63,162 nucleotides of DNA from Bacilli bacterium (GTDB lineage Bacteria; Bacillota_I; Bacilli_A; RF39; UBA660): the NCBI GenBank assembly GCA_017536505.1, contig JAFXHG010000038.1:1-63162 (forward strand), written 5' to 3'. The notes below the pieces were generated by a model. The model worked only from the letters and a program-made list of their open reading frames with translations. It was not told where the DNA came from and made no database searches. The position numbers were made by a program, and so were the translations under genes. How positions within the stretch are numbered: the first letter of the stretch is position 1; each line of letters begins with the position of its first letter. Below are positions 49,911 through 59,128 of this stretch, in pieces.

Positions 49911-50570
49911 TTATAATTTAAACCTATTCTTTTTGTTATTCACAATAATTATAGTTGTACAAATCAATATAAGGCCTATTAAAAAGTAGTAATAATAGTT
50001 AATATATAAATCAACAATTATATCTATAATATTTTTTTCATATTCAATTTGTATTTTTTCTTCTTCTACATTATTTTTAGAATTTTTATAATCAAAAACT
50101 AATTTTTCAAATTCTTCTTCAGAATAATTAACATTAACCCACTTTTGACACAAGCTGTAATTAGGTACATCAGAACAAAGTTCATGATTGTAATATCTAT
50201 TATATATTGGAAAATCAAAATATTTTGTTCCTAAAGATATGCCATAACAATCACCAATATTTGAATAGAATTTATATCTTCCTGAAGTTCTATTATAATC
50301 ATATATCGTAATTTCCCCATTATTAGTATCACTATAATAATAATTTTTACCTGTAGTAGTATCTAAAAAATATATATCATTAGTTAAATTATTTATAGTT
50401 ACATTAAAATAAGGTTCATTATCTATAATTGTATAATCATATGATACATTAATATTGCTTACTATAGATTTCATTCTAGATACGGTAGAATAGTCACAAC
50501 CTCTATAAGTTAAAGCAGAGCAATTTATAAAAGCAAAACCAATTAATAAAAATAATAATATTTTCTTCAT
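49911..50570 (-). CDS. Secreted protein with a C-terminal membrane anchor
   Basis: Signal peptide, paired Cys, C-terminal TM plus basic tail. Confidence 0.65.
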   Translation of the reverse strand: MKKILLFLLIGFAFINCSALTYRGCDYSTVSRMKSIVSNINVSYDYTIIDNEPYFNVTINNLTNDIYFLDTTTGKNYYYSDTNNGEITIYDYNRTSGRYKFYSNIGDCYGISLGTKYFDFPIYNRYYNHELCSDVPNYSLCQKWVNVNYSEEEFEKLVFDYKNSKNNVEEEKIQIEYEKNIIDIIVDLYINYYYYFLIGLILICTTIIIVNNKKNRFKL

Positions 50571-50577
50571 AATTCAC

Positions 50578-52140
50578 CTACTTTAATATATATTCATATC
50601 TTAATCCTCTAACATCAAATACAATTTTTATAGACTCTGCATTCATAATGTTTGAATTAACACCAATATAAACATCATTTTTCAAAGAAACTCTTTTACT
50701 TTTTATTTCCTCAAACTTATATGTATTAATCCAATTATCACCTATTTTATATGACACAAATCCAAACTTAGATAAAAGTTTATAAAAAGAATTAATATCT
50801 AAATCACTAGTAGATTTATAATTAATATTTAATTTCAGAATAGCTTTGTCATAATTTTCATTTATAGAAGGTCTTAAATATTCTTTAGAAGAAATACAAT
50901 CATTTTCGTTAATACAATAGTCATATTGAATCAAAAATTTATTATTTAATTCATAGTTGTTAATATTAAACTCAACACCACTTAATGGACCCTCAAACAT
51001 TAATTTTTCATTCATATTTTTACTTTCCGACATTTCACTATTAATTATTTCTTTAGGTTCAATCAAAATATCAATAACATTTCCTTCGCTACTATAACTA
51101 AAGAACATTTCACTTTCTATATATTTTTCAGGTATCTCATATACAAAAACATAATCTGTATATTCAAAAGACAAAGTTTGTTCGTCATAAAAATTACCTA
51201 AATCCAATAAAGAATCATAATATTTTTTAGTTGGTTTAAACTTAAGATCTTCTATTTTTAAGCTAAAATCATTTAAATATAAAGAGTTGTTATAACGATT
51301 AGATTTTACATTAGCATTAACTACAATTAAATAATTATCAGTTATCTTGTGTCCTTGGTAATCCGTATTTAACATAGTTGTATTATTTACTTTAAACACA
51401 AATGAATCAGTATTGTAATAAATACCCTCCTTATTAATTTTATTATTTTTAATTATGAAATAAACGCTAATAAAAATTATTAAAGCAACTACTATTATTA
51501 TTGTAATATTAGCCAAAAATTTATTTTCAACATATAAATATTTTAATTTTCTTAATCTTTCTTTTCTTCTTCTTTTCTTTTCATTAAAATCTATATCAAT
51601 ATTAACTTCAAATTCTTCTTTATCACTTTCACTAATTTCAAATTTTGATAAATCTGAATTAAAATTAAATTTTTTAAAATCTATCCCTATACCACGTGAG
51701 AATAATAGTATAAAAGAAACACATTCTAATATCATATTTATAAGTACTAAATCATGTATTAGTTTAATAGTTTTTACAGATACTATATTTTCAATCAAAG
51801 TATTTAAAAAATTAACTGTATATACGTTTATAACTAAGATTATTATAAATGAGAAAATCCCAATAAAATAAAATATTACAGGCTTATTTTTCTTAAACAT
51901 AATACTCAATAATAATAAAAACAAAATAATAACTATTACAGGAATAATATATAAGAAATTATTAATTAAAGGTTCAATAATTTCTTTTCCAGCTAAAGTT
52001 TCAGCAGAATATATGTAATCATTTAAAAACTTCAGTATATTATTACTTAAAAAAACTAAATATAATACTATACCAGATAATACTAAATGTATAGGTTTAA
52101 ACATTTTGATAAAAAATGCATATGGTTTTTTTAGTATCAC
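50578..52140 (-). CDS. Multi-TM membrane protein with an extracellular beta-rich domain
   Basis: Likely GTG start after GGAGGG; about five TMs then a soluble domain. Confidence 0.6.
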   Translation of the reverse strand: MILKKPYAFFIKMFKPIHLVLSGIVLYLVFLSNNILKFLNDYIYSAETLAGKEIIEPLINNFLYIIPVIVIILFLLLLSIMFKKNKPVIFYFIGIFSFIIILVINVYTVNFLNTLIENIVSVKTIKLIHDLVLINMILECVSFILLFSRGIGIDFKKFNFNSDLSKFEISESDKEEFEVNIDIDFNEKKRRRKERLRKLKYLYVENKFLANITIIIVVALIIFISVYFIIKNNKINKEGIYYNTDSFVFKVNNTTMLNTDYQGHKITDNYLIVVNANVKSNRYNNSLYLNDFSLKIEDLKFKPTKKYYDSLLDLGNFYDEQTLSFEYTDYVFVYEIPEKYIESEMFFSYSSEGNVIDILIEPKEIINSEMSESKNMNEKLMFEGPLSGVEFNINNYELNNKFLIQYDYCINENDCISSKEYLRPSINENYDKAILKLNINYKSTSDLDINSFYKLLSKFGFVSYKIGDNWINTYKFEEIKSKRVSLKNDVYIGVNSNIMNAESIKIVFDVRGLRYEYILK

Positions 52141-52186
52141 ATATATCCCTCCTATTCTTAAATTATTATACACCAAACATAAAAAA

Positions 52187-52214
52187 AAATAAAGATTTTA
52201 ATATCTTTATTTTT
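52187..52214 (-). terminator. Intrinsic terminator
   Basis: AAATAAAGAT...ATCTTTATTT inverted repeat next to an A-tract. Confidence 0.5.
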
Positions 52215-54970
52215 TAACAAGATGTTCTAGTACTTTCAACACAACTTCTTTTCGAACTGTTATTTATTTCTAAAATACCATCATCTCTTAACTGTGTTAA
52301 ATAGTTACTTATACAAATAGTTCCATCATTCTTACAAGTGAAATTATAATCATCATATTCTTTACCTTTATTATAATCTCTTATATCTTCTATTATAGAA
52401 GGAGTTAATGTTATTTCATATTTCACTCCTGCACCTGTATGATTATAACTATTGTTATTAGTTTTTAATATATCTTCATAACCTTGCCAGTTTAATCCTG
52501 CATCTCTTATATTTCCTACTTTATCTAAAAACAAATTATCACTATTGGTATTTACTATTCTAAATTCTAAATAAATATTACTATTAAGATCTATTAATTC
52601 GTTATCTACTGTATATTCACAATCTGCGCTACTATCTAAATCCCAATAACTTATATTTTTATTTCTAGAATTTAAAGCTATGTTAAAATCTAATTTTTTT
52701 GTTCCTGGATTCAAATTAAATTTACTTATTATACCTCTATCCAATGTTTTACACAATTCTCCTGATGGACAAGAACCATAATATATTCTTCCATCTTTAT
52801 TTGAAGCATACATAACTGGTAATGTATAATCAGCAACAATAGTAGCATTATTTAGGTCGCTTACATTTTCATCTAATTTTTTTACTAATAATTGACCATC
52901 CAATGATACTTCTGTTGTTACATATTTATCATAACTAAAATTTGAATAATTTGTATCTGTATTCAAAGTAGCTGCTGTGTCACCATAATTGTAACAAATT
53001 CTTTTTAATGTTCCTGTTGTCACTATACCATTACCTATTCCTGGAAGTATATTTTGACCAGTTTTTATAGTTGGGAATGTTGTTGAAATTTTTGGATTAA
53101 GACTGTAAGTAGTTAAACAAAAAGTATAACTACCATATTTTTCAGTAAACATAGAAACATTAGTATTAGTAAAATTATCTTGACCTGTACTAAAACTTTC
53201 GGCCCCAAGACAAGATGTATTATATTGTCTATTTATTTCAATGTTTCTACAAGCATCAGCTGCTGTTATGTTCCCCATATCTAATAGAGCATTAAAATTT
53301 GTGCCAGAATATGTTGTTTTTATATGATTATACAAATCTATTCTTTCTTTCATTGACATGTTACTTTTGAATTTATATTCACACTCTGTTTTATTCTCTA
53401 TAGTTAATTCAAGTGTTTTCCCAGATTCAATCACTACTCTATCGCAATACCAAGTATCACCTAATTCTGGTTTATGATATCCCGTTTTTACTTCTACTTC
53501 TTTCAAATAATAAGTACCTGGTGTAAGTTTAGGACTTTGAGCTATTCCCCCACCATTAACATCAAAAGCATTGGTAACTGAGTTTCTACAACTACTATCA
53601 CTGAATAATTGAAATTTAGTTGTATTTGTTCCAAATCCTGATAATTTGTCATTACTACTATTTTTTTTAAAAATTTTCAAATCTCCCTTTGGAGTATTAT
53701 AAACTGTTTGATTATTATCTCCAGAACTTACATATGCAGATTTACAAGAAACGTCAGCAACATATCCTGACGGTGTTGTGGTTTCCTTATAGTAATAATA
53801 TTTATTTGGTTGTAAACTAGAAAAAGTTGCTTTACCATCGCTTCCAGTTAAAACTTGAGATTTAACTATACTAGAACATGATGCATCTGAGTATAATGTA
53901 AATCCCACCCCACTTAAATTATCTTGAGTATTGCTATCTTTTTTAGTTATTATTAACTTACCTAACTTATCATTTGTAATTGTTGCAACATAAGTTTCTC
54001 CTGTTTTTATAGTTACATTAGTACACCTATTATCAGGAATTGCATATCCACTTGGTACTATGACTTCATATATAGAATAATTTCCAGGATTTAATCCTTT
54101 TACTTCAAATTGACTAGAATCATTAAGATTAGCAGTTATTCCTCTATTAATAATAGTTCCTGTACAATTATGTCCACTATGTAATCTAAAACCTGCTCCA
54201 CTTATTCTTGCCCAAGAATCCTTATCCCTTTTTACAATAGTTAAATTACCTGTAGGATACATATTTTCAGCCTTTACAACAGTTATACCAAAACCAATAT
54301 ACTTGTTATTTTTGTATCCACAAAAATCTTTAGAAGTATATTTCCCATAAGCTTTTTGGTCACAAACATTATTTGGAGCAACATATTTGTGTCCTCCTAC
54401 AGTTATATCAACACCAACTTTAGCTGCATTTGCTAATGGCATCGCCGCATTCTTATACCATTCATGAAAAGGAAGCCCTTTTTCTGCTATAGATTCATTA
54501 GTTATTATATCTCTAAAAGAGTACCACTTATTACCGATTTGTGTAAAAGGTTCTATTAATACATAATCCCCTTTTTGCAAATTTATACCCGCACCATTAA
54601 TTATACTTTTAAGTTTTGAATAGTTATTGCTCTTACCAGTATAAGGGATTCCTAAATAGTCATAAAGTTTTGTAGGTTCTGAAGACCAAGAGTCACCACT
54701 ACCAGAAAACCATCCTTCAAGAGCACTTATACTCCAACTGCCATCATATGCTTTTATTTCTATAGTGTTTCCTTGTTGAATATTATCACTGTTATAAACT
54801 CTTATCTTAAACCCAAATTTTTTATTCCAAAATCCATAATCATCTGCATTTCCACCACTACCACCTTCAGTACCACCTGAACCTTCTAAATCTGGATTAG
54901 CAAAAACATTAGGCATCAGAAAAAGTGAAATACAAATCATTATTAAAAATATCAATATTTTCTTCTTCAT
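52214..54970 (-). CDS. Large secreted adhesin-like protein with three SpaA/Cna-B (prealbumin-like) repeats
   Basis: Signal peptide; repeats GNLTIVKRD, GKLIITKKD, GDLKIFKKN with G.Y...E..P.GY-type motifs; no LPXTG. Confidence 0.75.
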   Translation of the reverse strand: MKKKILIFLIMICISLFLMPNVFANPDLEGSGGTEGGSGGNADDYGFWNKKFGFKIRVYNSDNIQQGNTIEIKAYDGSWSISALEGWFSGSGDSWSSEPTKLYDYLGIPYTGKSNNYSKLKSIINGAGINLQKGDYVLIEPFTQIGNKWYSFRDIITNESIAEKGLPFHEWYKNAAMPLANAAKVGVDITVGGHKYVAPNNVCDQKAYGKYTSKDFCGYKNNKYIGFGITVVKAENMYPTGNLTIVKRDKDSWARISGAGFRLHSGHNCTGTIINRGITANLNDSSQFEVKGLNPGNYSIYEVIVPSGYAIPDNRCTNVTIKTGETYVATITNDKLGKLIITKKDSNTQDNLSGVGFTLYSDASCSSIVKSQVLTGSDGKATFSSLQPNKYYYYKETTTPSGYVADVSCKSAYVSSGDNNQTVYNTPKGDLKIFKKNSSNDKLSGFGTNTTKFQLFSDSSCRNSVTNAFDVNGGGIAQSPKLTPGTYYLKEVEVKTGYHKPELGDTWYCDRVVIESGKTLELTIENKTECEYKFKSNMSMKERIDLYNHIKTTYSGTNFNALLDMGNITAADACRNIEINRQYNTSCLGAESFSTGQDNFTNTNVSMFTEKYGSYTFCLTTYSLNPKISTTFPTIKTGQNILPGIGNGIVTTGTLKRICYNYGDTAATLNTDTNYSNFSYDKYVTTEVSLDGQLLVKKLDENVSDLNNATIVADYTLPVMYASNKDGRIYYGSCPSGELCKTLDRGIISKFNLNPGTKKLDFNIALNSRNKNISYWDLDSSADCEYTVDNELIDLNSNIYLEFRIVNTNSDNLFLDKVGNIRDAGLNWQGYEDILKTNNNSYNHTGAGVKYEITLTPSIIEDIRDYNKGKEYDDYNFTCKNDGTICISNYLTQLRDDGILEINNSSKRSCVESTRTSC

Positions 54971-55086
54971 AACATCATCCCTTTATTATAATATCTAAAA
55001 ACATTATACAACAAAAACAACTAAAAATATAGTTTTTCTTGTAAAATTTTTTAAAATCAATTATAATACTTATGGAGTTGATAGTT

Positions 55087-55806
55087 GTGAAGTATGAAAT
55101 AAATATAAATGAATTTCAAGGCCCTCTTGATTTATTACTTCATTTAATTAAACAATCAAATATAAGCATTAATGAAATAAGTATAGATGAGATAACTAAA
55201 CAATATTTAGATTATATACAAAAAATGGAAGAATTAAATCTAGATATAGCTTCAGAATACTTAGTTATGGCTGCTGAACTTATAGAAATAAAATCATCTT
55301 CATTACTACCAAAAAGTGATATTGAAGATGATGAATTTGAAGAAGATCCAAAAGAAAAATTAATTAATAGATTACTTGAATACGAACAATATAAAAAGAT
55401 GACTAGTACTTTTAAAGAATTGGAAGAATATAGACAAGAAATTTATACTAGAGAACCAGATAATTTATTAGACTATAAAGATGATGAGAAAATAGATTAT
55501 GGGGTAGATTTAAATGATTTAATGGAAGCTTTATCTAAATTCTTAGAACAAAAAGAACTTGAGAAACCTTTAAATACTAAAATAACTAATAAAGAATATA
55601 GTGTATCTATTAGAAGTAAGGAAATTAGAAATATATTAAAAAAGAAAAAGAAAGTTAATTTTACTGATCTTTTTGAAGTTTATACAAAAGAATATGTAGT
55701 TATAACTTTTATATCTATATTAGCAATGTCTAGAAAGCAAGAAATTGAGATTGAGCAAGAACACAATTTTAAAAATATTATTATTAAAGAAAAAGGTGTA
55801 GAATGA
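55087..55806 (+). CDS. scpA: Segregation and condensation protein A
   Basis: FQGPLDLLLHLI, ASEYLVMAA; likely GTG start after GGAG. Confidence 0.96.
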   Translation: MKYEININEFQGPLDLLLHLIKQSNISINEISIDEITKQYLDYIQKMEELNLDIASEYLVMAAELIEIKSSSLLPKSDIEDDEFEEDPKEKLINRLLEYEQYKKMTSTFKELEEYRQEIYTREPDNLLDYKDDEKIDYGVDLNDLMEALSKFLEQKELEKPLNTKITNKEYSVSIRSKEIRNILKKKKKVNFTDLFEVYTKEYVVITFISILAMSRKQEIEIEQEHNFKNIIIKEKGVE

Positions 55807-56360
55807 AAGCAATAGTAGAAGGATTATTATTTTTAAGTGGTGAAGATGGTTTAACTTTAGAAGAAATATCTAATGTTATTGAAAAAGATATTGAAGAAGT
55901 TAAATTAATAATAAAAGAATTATATAATGATTATTCCAATGAAAACAGAGGAATTCAAATAGAGTTTTTAGGTAATCATTTTAAATTAACCACAAAAAAA
56001 GAACATAAAGAATTTTATAAAAAATTAGCTATAGACGATGAAAGTTCTATCTTAAGTCAATCTGCATTAGAAACACTGGCTATTATAGCTTACAATGCTC
56101 CACTTACTAGAGTAGATGTTGATAATATTAGAGGTGTTAATTCTAGTTACGTTGTTAGAAAATTATTACTTAAAGGTCTAATTGAAGAAGTCGGTAGATC
56201 AGACGCTCCTGGTAGGCCTAGACTTTATAATGTAACACCAAGATTCTTAGATTATTTTGGTTTAGGTAGTATAGAAGAACTTCCTAAACTAGAAGAAAAA
56301 CAAGAAATAATAGATGATGAAAAATATCTATTCGATTCAAAATATAAAGAAGAAGTTTAA
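55803..56360 (+). CDS. scpB: Segregation and condensation protein B
   Basis: LSQSALETLAIIAY, IRGVNS, GRPRLY, FLDYFGL. Confidence 0.96.
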   Translation: MKAIVEGLLFLSGEDGLTLEEISNVIEKDIEEVKLIIKELYNDYSNENRGIQIEFLGNHFKLTTKKEHKEFYKKLAIDDESSILSQSALETLAIIAYNAPLTRVDVDNIRGVNSSYVVRKLLLKGLIEEVGRSDAPGRPRLYNVTPRFLDYFGLGSIEELPKLEEKQEIIDDEKYLFDSKYKEEV

Positions 56361-56367
56361 AAAATGT

Positions 56368-56400
56368 ATTAAATTATATCAAAGTATGATATAATTTAAT
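56368..56400. promoter_or_regulatory. 14-bp perfect inverted repeat containing the extended -10 upstream of the tRNA
   Basis: ATTAAATTATATCA-AAGTA-TGATATAATTTAAT. Confidence 0.5.
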
Positions 56401-56405
56401 TACTT

Positions 56406-56492
56406 GCCTGTGTGGTGAAATTGGTAGACGCGTTGGACTCAAAATCCAATGATAGCAATATCGTGTCGGTTCGAGTCCGACCACAGGCACCA
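56406..56492 (+). tRNA. tRNA-Leu(CAA)
   Basis: GCCTGTG/CACAGGC acceptor stem, anticodon arm TTGGA-CTCAAAA-TCCAA, long variable arm, GGTTCGAGTCC, encoded CCA. Confidence 0.96.
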
Positions 56493-56501
56493 TTTAAAAA
56501 C

Positions 56502-56530
56502 AACTTACGAATTAAGATTCGTAAGTTTTT
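56502..56530. terminator. Terminator after the tRNA (probably bidirectional)
   Basis: AACTTACGAA-TTAAGA-TTCGTAAGTT plus T run. Confidence 0.75.
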
Positions 56531-56541
56531 ATTTTAAAAAA

Positions 56542-57702
56542 TTAATCATCAATTTTTAAAAGTACAAAATTAATATCTTTATCTAAATCACAACCAGAAA
56601 AATGTTCTTTATAAAAATAATAAGATGTGTAAGTCTTTTCTACAATATTAGGCTCAAAATAATAATATTCCATGTCATTTTTATAACATTGATATGCAAA
56701 AATCAATTCATTACTATCAACGTATTTAAAATTTTTATAAATTGGAAAATATATATTGAATTCAGATGATGTTTTAGAAATTGTATATACATTCGATATG
56801 TTTATTATTTTTTTGTTTTTATAATCATAATAGCTATATTTATACATTTCATTTTTTATTTTTTCTAGATTTAAATTTGAAAGACTAATTTTTATAGGAT
56901 TTATATCATTGGAATATATATATACTTCATTGTTATAGGTATTTTTATTATATTGATAATATTGCACATTTCCTTTGTTGATTATTAATTCATTATTTTT
57001 ATAAATTATATACCTATCATCACAATCCAATTGACACCCACTTTTTTCATTTGATTTTTCTTTAAGAAATTTTTCATAATCATCTATTGATTTGAAATTT
57101 ATTAAAGAAACGTTTGTTGTATTTATATCACCTAAAATATTAGTTAAATTTAATTCATTCAAATTGTTATAATTAATATAATATAATTATATTTTTTTTA
57201 TGTATTGAAGAACATCACTCAGATTGTTTTTATTATAATATTCTTTAATTAAATTTGAATTTTCTGTATTATTATAAATCGTGGAATTTGGATATTCTAC
57301 AGAATAATTATAAGGCGATATACCAATATTAGTTTTTAATAATTCAAGTAAATCTTTCTCTATCTCATCTTGCTGATAATTATCTTTACCATCTATTGAT
57401 TCTTGTTCTCCAGTAATATAAACATAAAATTCTTTTTTGTTTACTTTTAGCTTAACATAAACATATCCTGTTGGAGTATAATTTGGAATAGGTGATATTG
57501 AATTAGTGTTTTTTGCTGCTTTTGCAGAAATAACTTTAGCATCATAACCATATTTAGATTTTACATATTTAACTGCATTTATTTTAGCTTGTTCTTCATA
57601 TTTTTTTACTAATTCTTTTTCTTCATTTGAATAAAAACATGAAGTTGACATCATTAATGAAATTATTAATAAAAAGAAACAACATATACTTTTACTTCTC
57701 AT
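56542..57702 (-). pseudogene. Putative lipoprotein gene (~386 codons) interrupted by an in-frame TAA at 57187-57189
   Basis: ORFs 57187-57702 and 56542-57162 share a frame and the 8 codons between them (LYYINYNN) are open; signal peptide ends STSC. Confidence 0.6.
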
Positions 57703-57748
57703 TTTTTATCCTCATTTCTCTATGTTTTTTTTATAAAAAAGAAAAGAA

Positions 57749-58036
57749 TTAGTATCCCTTTGTTTCCTTCTTGGAATTACGAAAAAACTCTTTTACTTTT
57801 TCTAGAAGAACAATACTTTCAATATCAATAGGTCCAATTTTTACAATTTGAGTTATATCACTTTTATAAAAATATAAATATGAATTTTTATCTTTTATTC
57901 CTCCAGGATATAACACACCACAATAATCATATATTGAATCATTATTTTTTAAACAAAATCCAGCAATCATAACTTTTGATTTTAAATTATGTAACTTTAT
58001 TATACTACCTATAGGCAAAAATTCTTCACTAATCAC
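57749..58036 (-). CDS. DUF4176 family protein
   Basis: LPIGSII.L...KVMIAG...YDYCGVLYP.G...F...DI. Confidence 0.85.
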   Translation of the reverse strand: MISEEFLPIGSIIKLHNLKSKVMIAGFCLKNNDSIYDYCGVLYPGGIKDKNSYLYFYKSDITQIVKIGPIDIESIVLLEKVKEFFRNSKKETKGY

Positions 58037-58037
58037 A

Positions 58038-58262
58038 CTAATTACTAAACCTTTCTAAATATAATTTCATTACCATATTAAATTCTTCTTCATCATCAAG
58101 ACCAGTTAAAAATTCCTCATCATTTATAATTACTTTCTTTCGTATTATAATATCACTATTATCATTTTCATTAACTAAATATAAGTATAAATTATTATTT
58201 GCTTCCAATTCATTAACTATATAATAATTTTTATTTTCTACTTTTACTGTTTCTATATTCAT
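58038..58262 (-). CDS. Small acidic protein (DUF1292-like)
   Basis: YLYLVNE...LDDEEEFNMVM..Y. Confidence 0.55.
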   Translation of the reverse strand: MNIETVKVENKNYYIVNELEANNNLYLYLVNENDNSDIIIRKKVIINDEEFLTGLDDEEEFNMVMKLYLERFSN

Positions 58263-58828
58263 CTTACTTTCTCTTCTCTCATTATTTTTGTTATTTCTCT
58301 ATATTCAGAATTAGTCCATTCTTTAAATTCAGGATTACCAAGTTCATTTAAATGATTATTTCTTGTTAAAAAATCATTCCAATTCTTATATCCTAAAGCT
58401 TGTACTACTTTTTCACATTCTTGTTTACCTAATAAATTATAGTAAAAAACCAAGTCATCTTCACTCAAATCCAAAACAGCTTTATAATCTTCAATAGTTG
58501 TAGTTCCTTCTCTTATACTTTCATTATCTATTCCACTAGACACTATATATTCATAAACTCTTGAACGATATGCTATCAAATATTGATCAACCAAACTCAT
58601 ATCTATTTCTTTATTTTGATTATACTCTTGAAAAGAACTTTCTACAGACTCATAATCAAAGTTTTTATTAACATTTGAACAAGCAATCATACTAACCGAA
58701 AATACAACAGCAAATAATGTAGATATTAAAGCTTTACTAATTTTTTTTGTTGTTGTTATATATTTATCCCTTTTGTTTTCCCCTATACTATTTTTTTTGA
58801 TTTTTTCTAATAATTCTTTATTTTCCAT
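58259..58828 (-). CDS. Hypothetical membrane-anchored protein
   Basis: Likely start MENKEL after GGAGG; internal TM ending MIAC; basic tail. Confidence 0.55.
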   Translation of the reverse strand: MENKELLEKIKKNSIGENKRDKYITTTKKISKALISTLFAVVFSVSMIACSNVNKNFDYESVESSFQEYNQNKEIDMSLVDQYLIAYRSRVYEYIVSSGIDNESIREGTTTIEDYKAVLDLSEDDLVFYYNLLGKQECEKVVQALGYKNWNDFLTRNNHLNELGNPEFKEWTNSEYREITKIMREEKVR

Positions 58829-59114
58829 CAACCATTTCCTCCTGTTTTTCATCAATTCTATTTAATAATTCACATAATTTTTTATACTTATCATCTTTAT
58901 ACCCAACATAATATACTTTATCTATTTGATCATGATTAAATGATAAAGAATATGACGAGGGAATAAAGATACCTGTTGGATACATACATCCAGAATAATC
59001 AAAAATTTTATTAATTTCCCTGTTTTTTCGTTTATATCCTATTATCATTAATTTAGCATCTTTACCGTTTAAACTTACAATACTACCAAGTGGTAAATAT
59101 TTATTTAAATCCAT
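58818..59114 (-). CDS. DUF4176 family protein
   Basis: LPLGSIVSL...LMIIG...FDYSGCMYP.G...FNHDQIDKVYYVGY.D. Confidence 0.9.
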   Translation of the reverse strand: MDLNKYLPLGSIVSLNGKDAKLMIIGYKRKNREINKIFDYSGCMYPTGIFIPSSYSLSFNHDQIDKVYYVGYKDDKYKKLCELLNRIDEKQEEMVDGK

Positions 59115-59128
59115 AAAATCACCTCATT

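Noticed and set aside
57736-57751. TAATTC(C)TTTTCTTT motif after stop codons at 24217, 25302 and 57749 as a cassette recombination site
   Set aside because: Low complexity in AT-rich DNA, and two of the three copies are explained by the gene duplication
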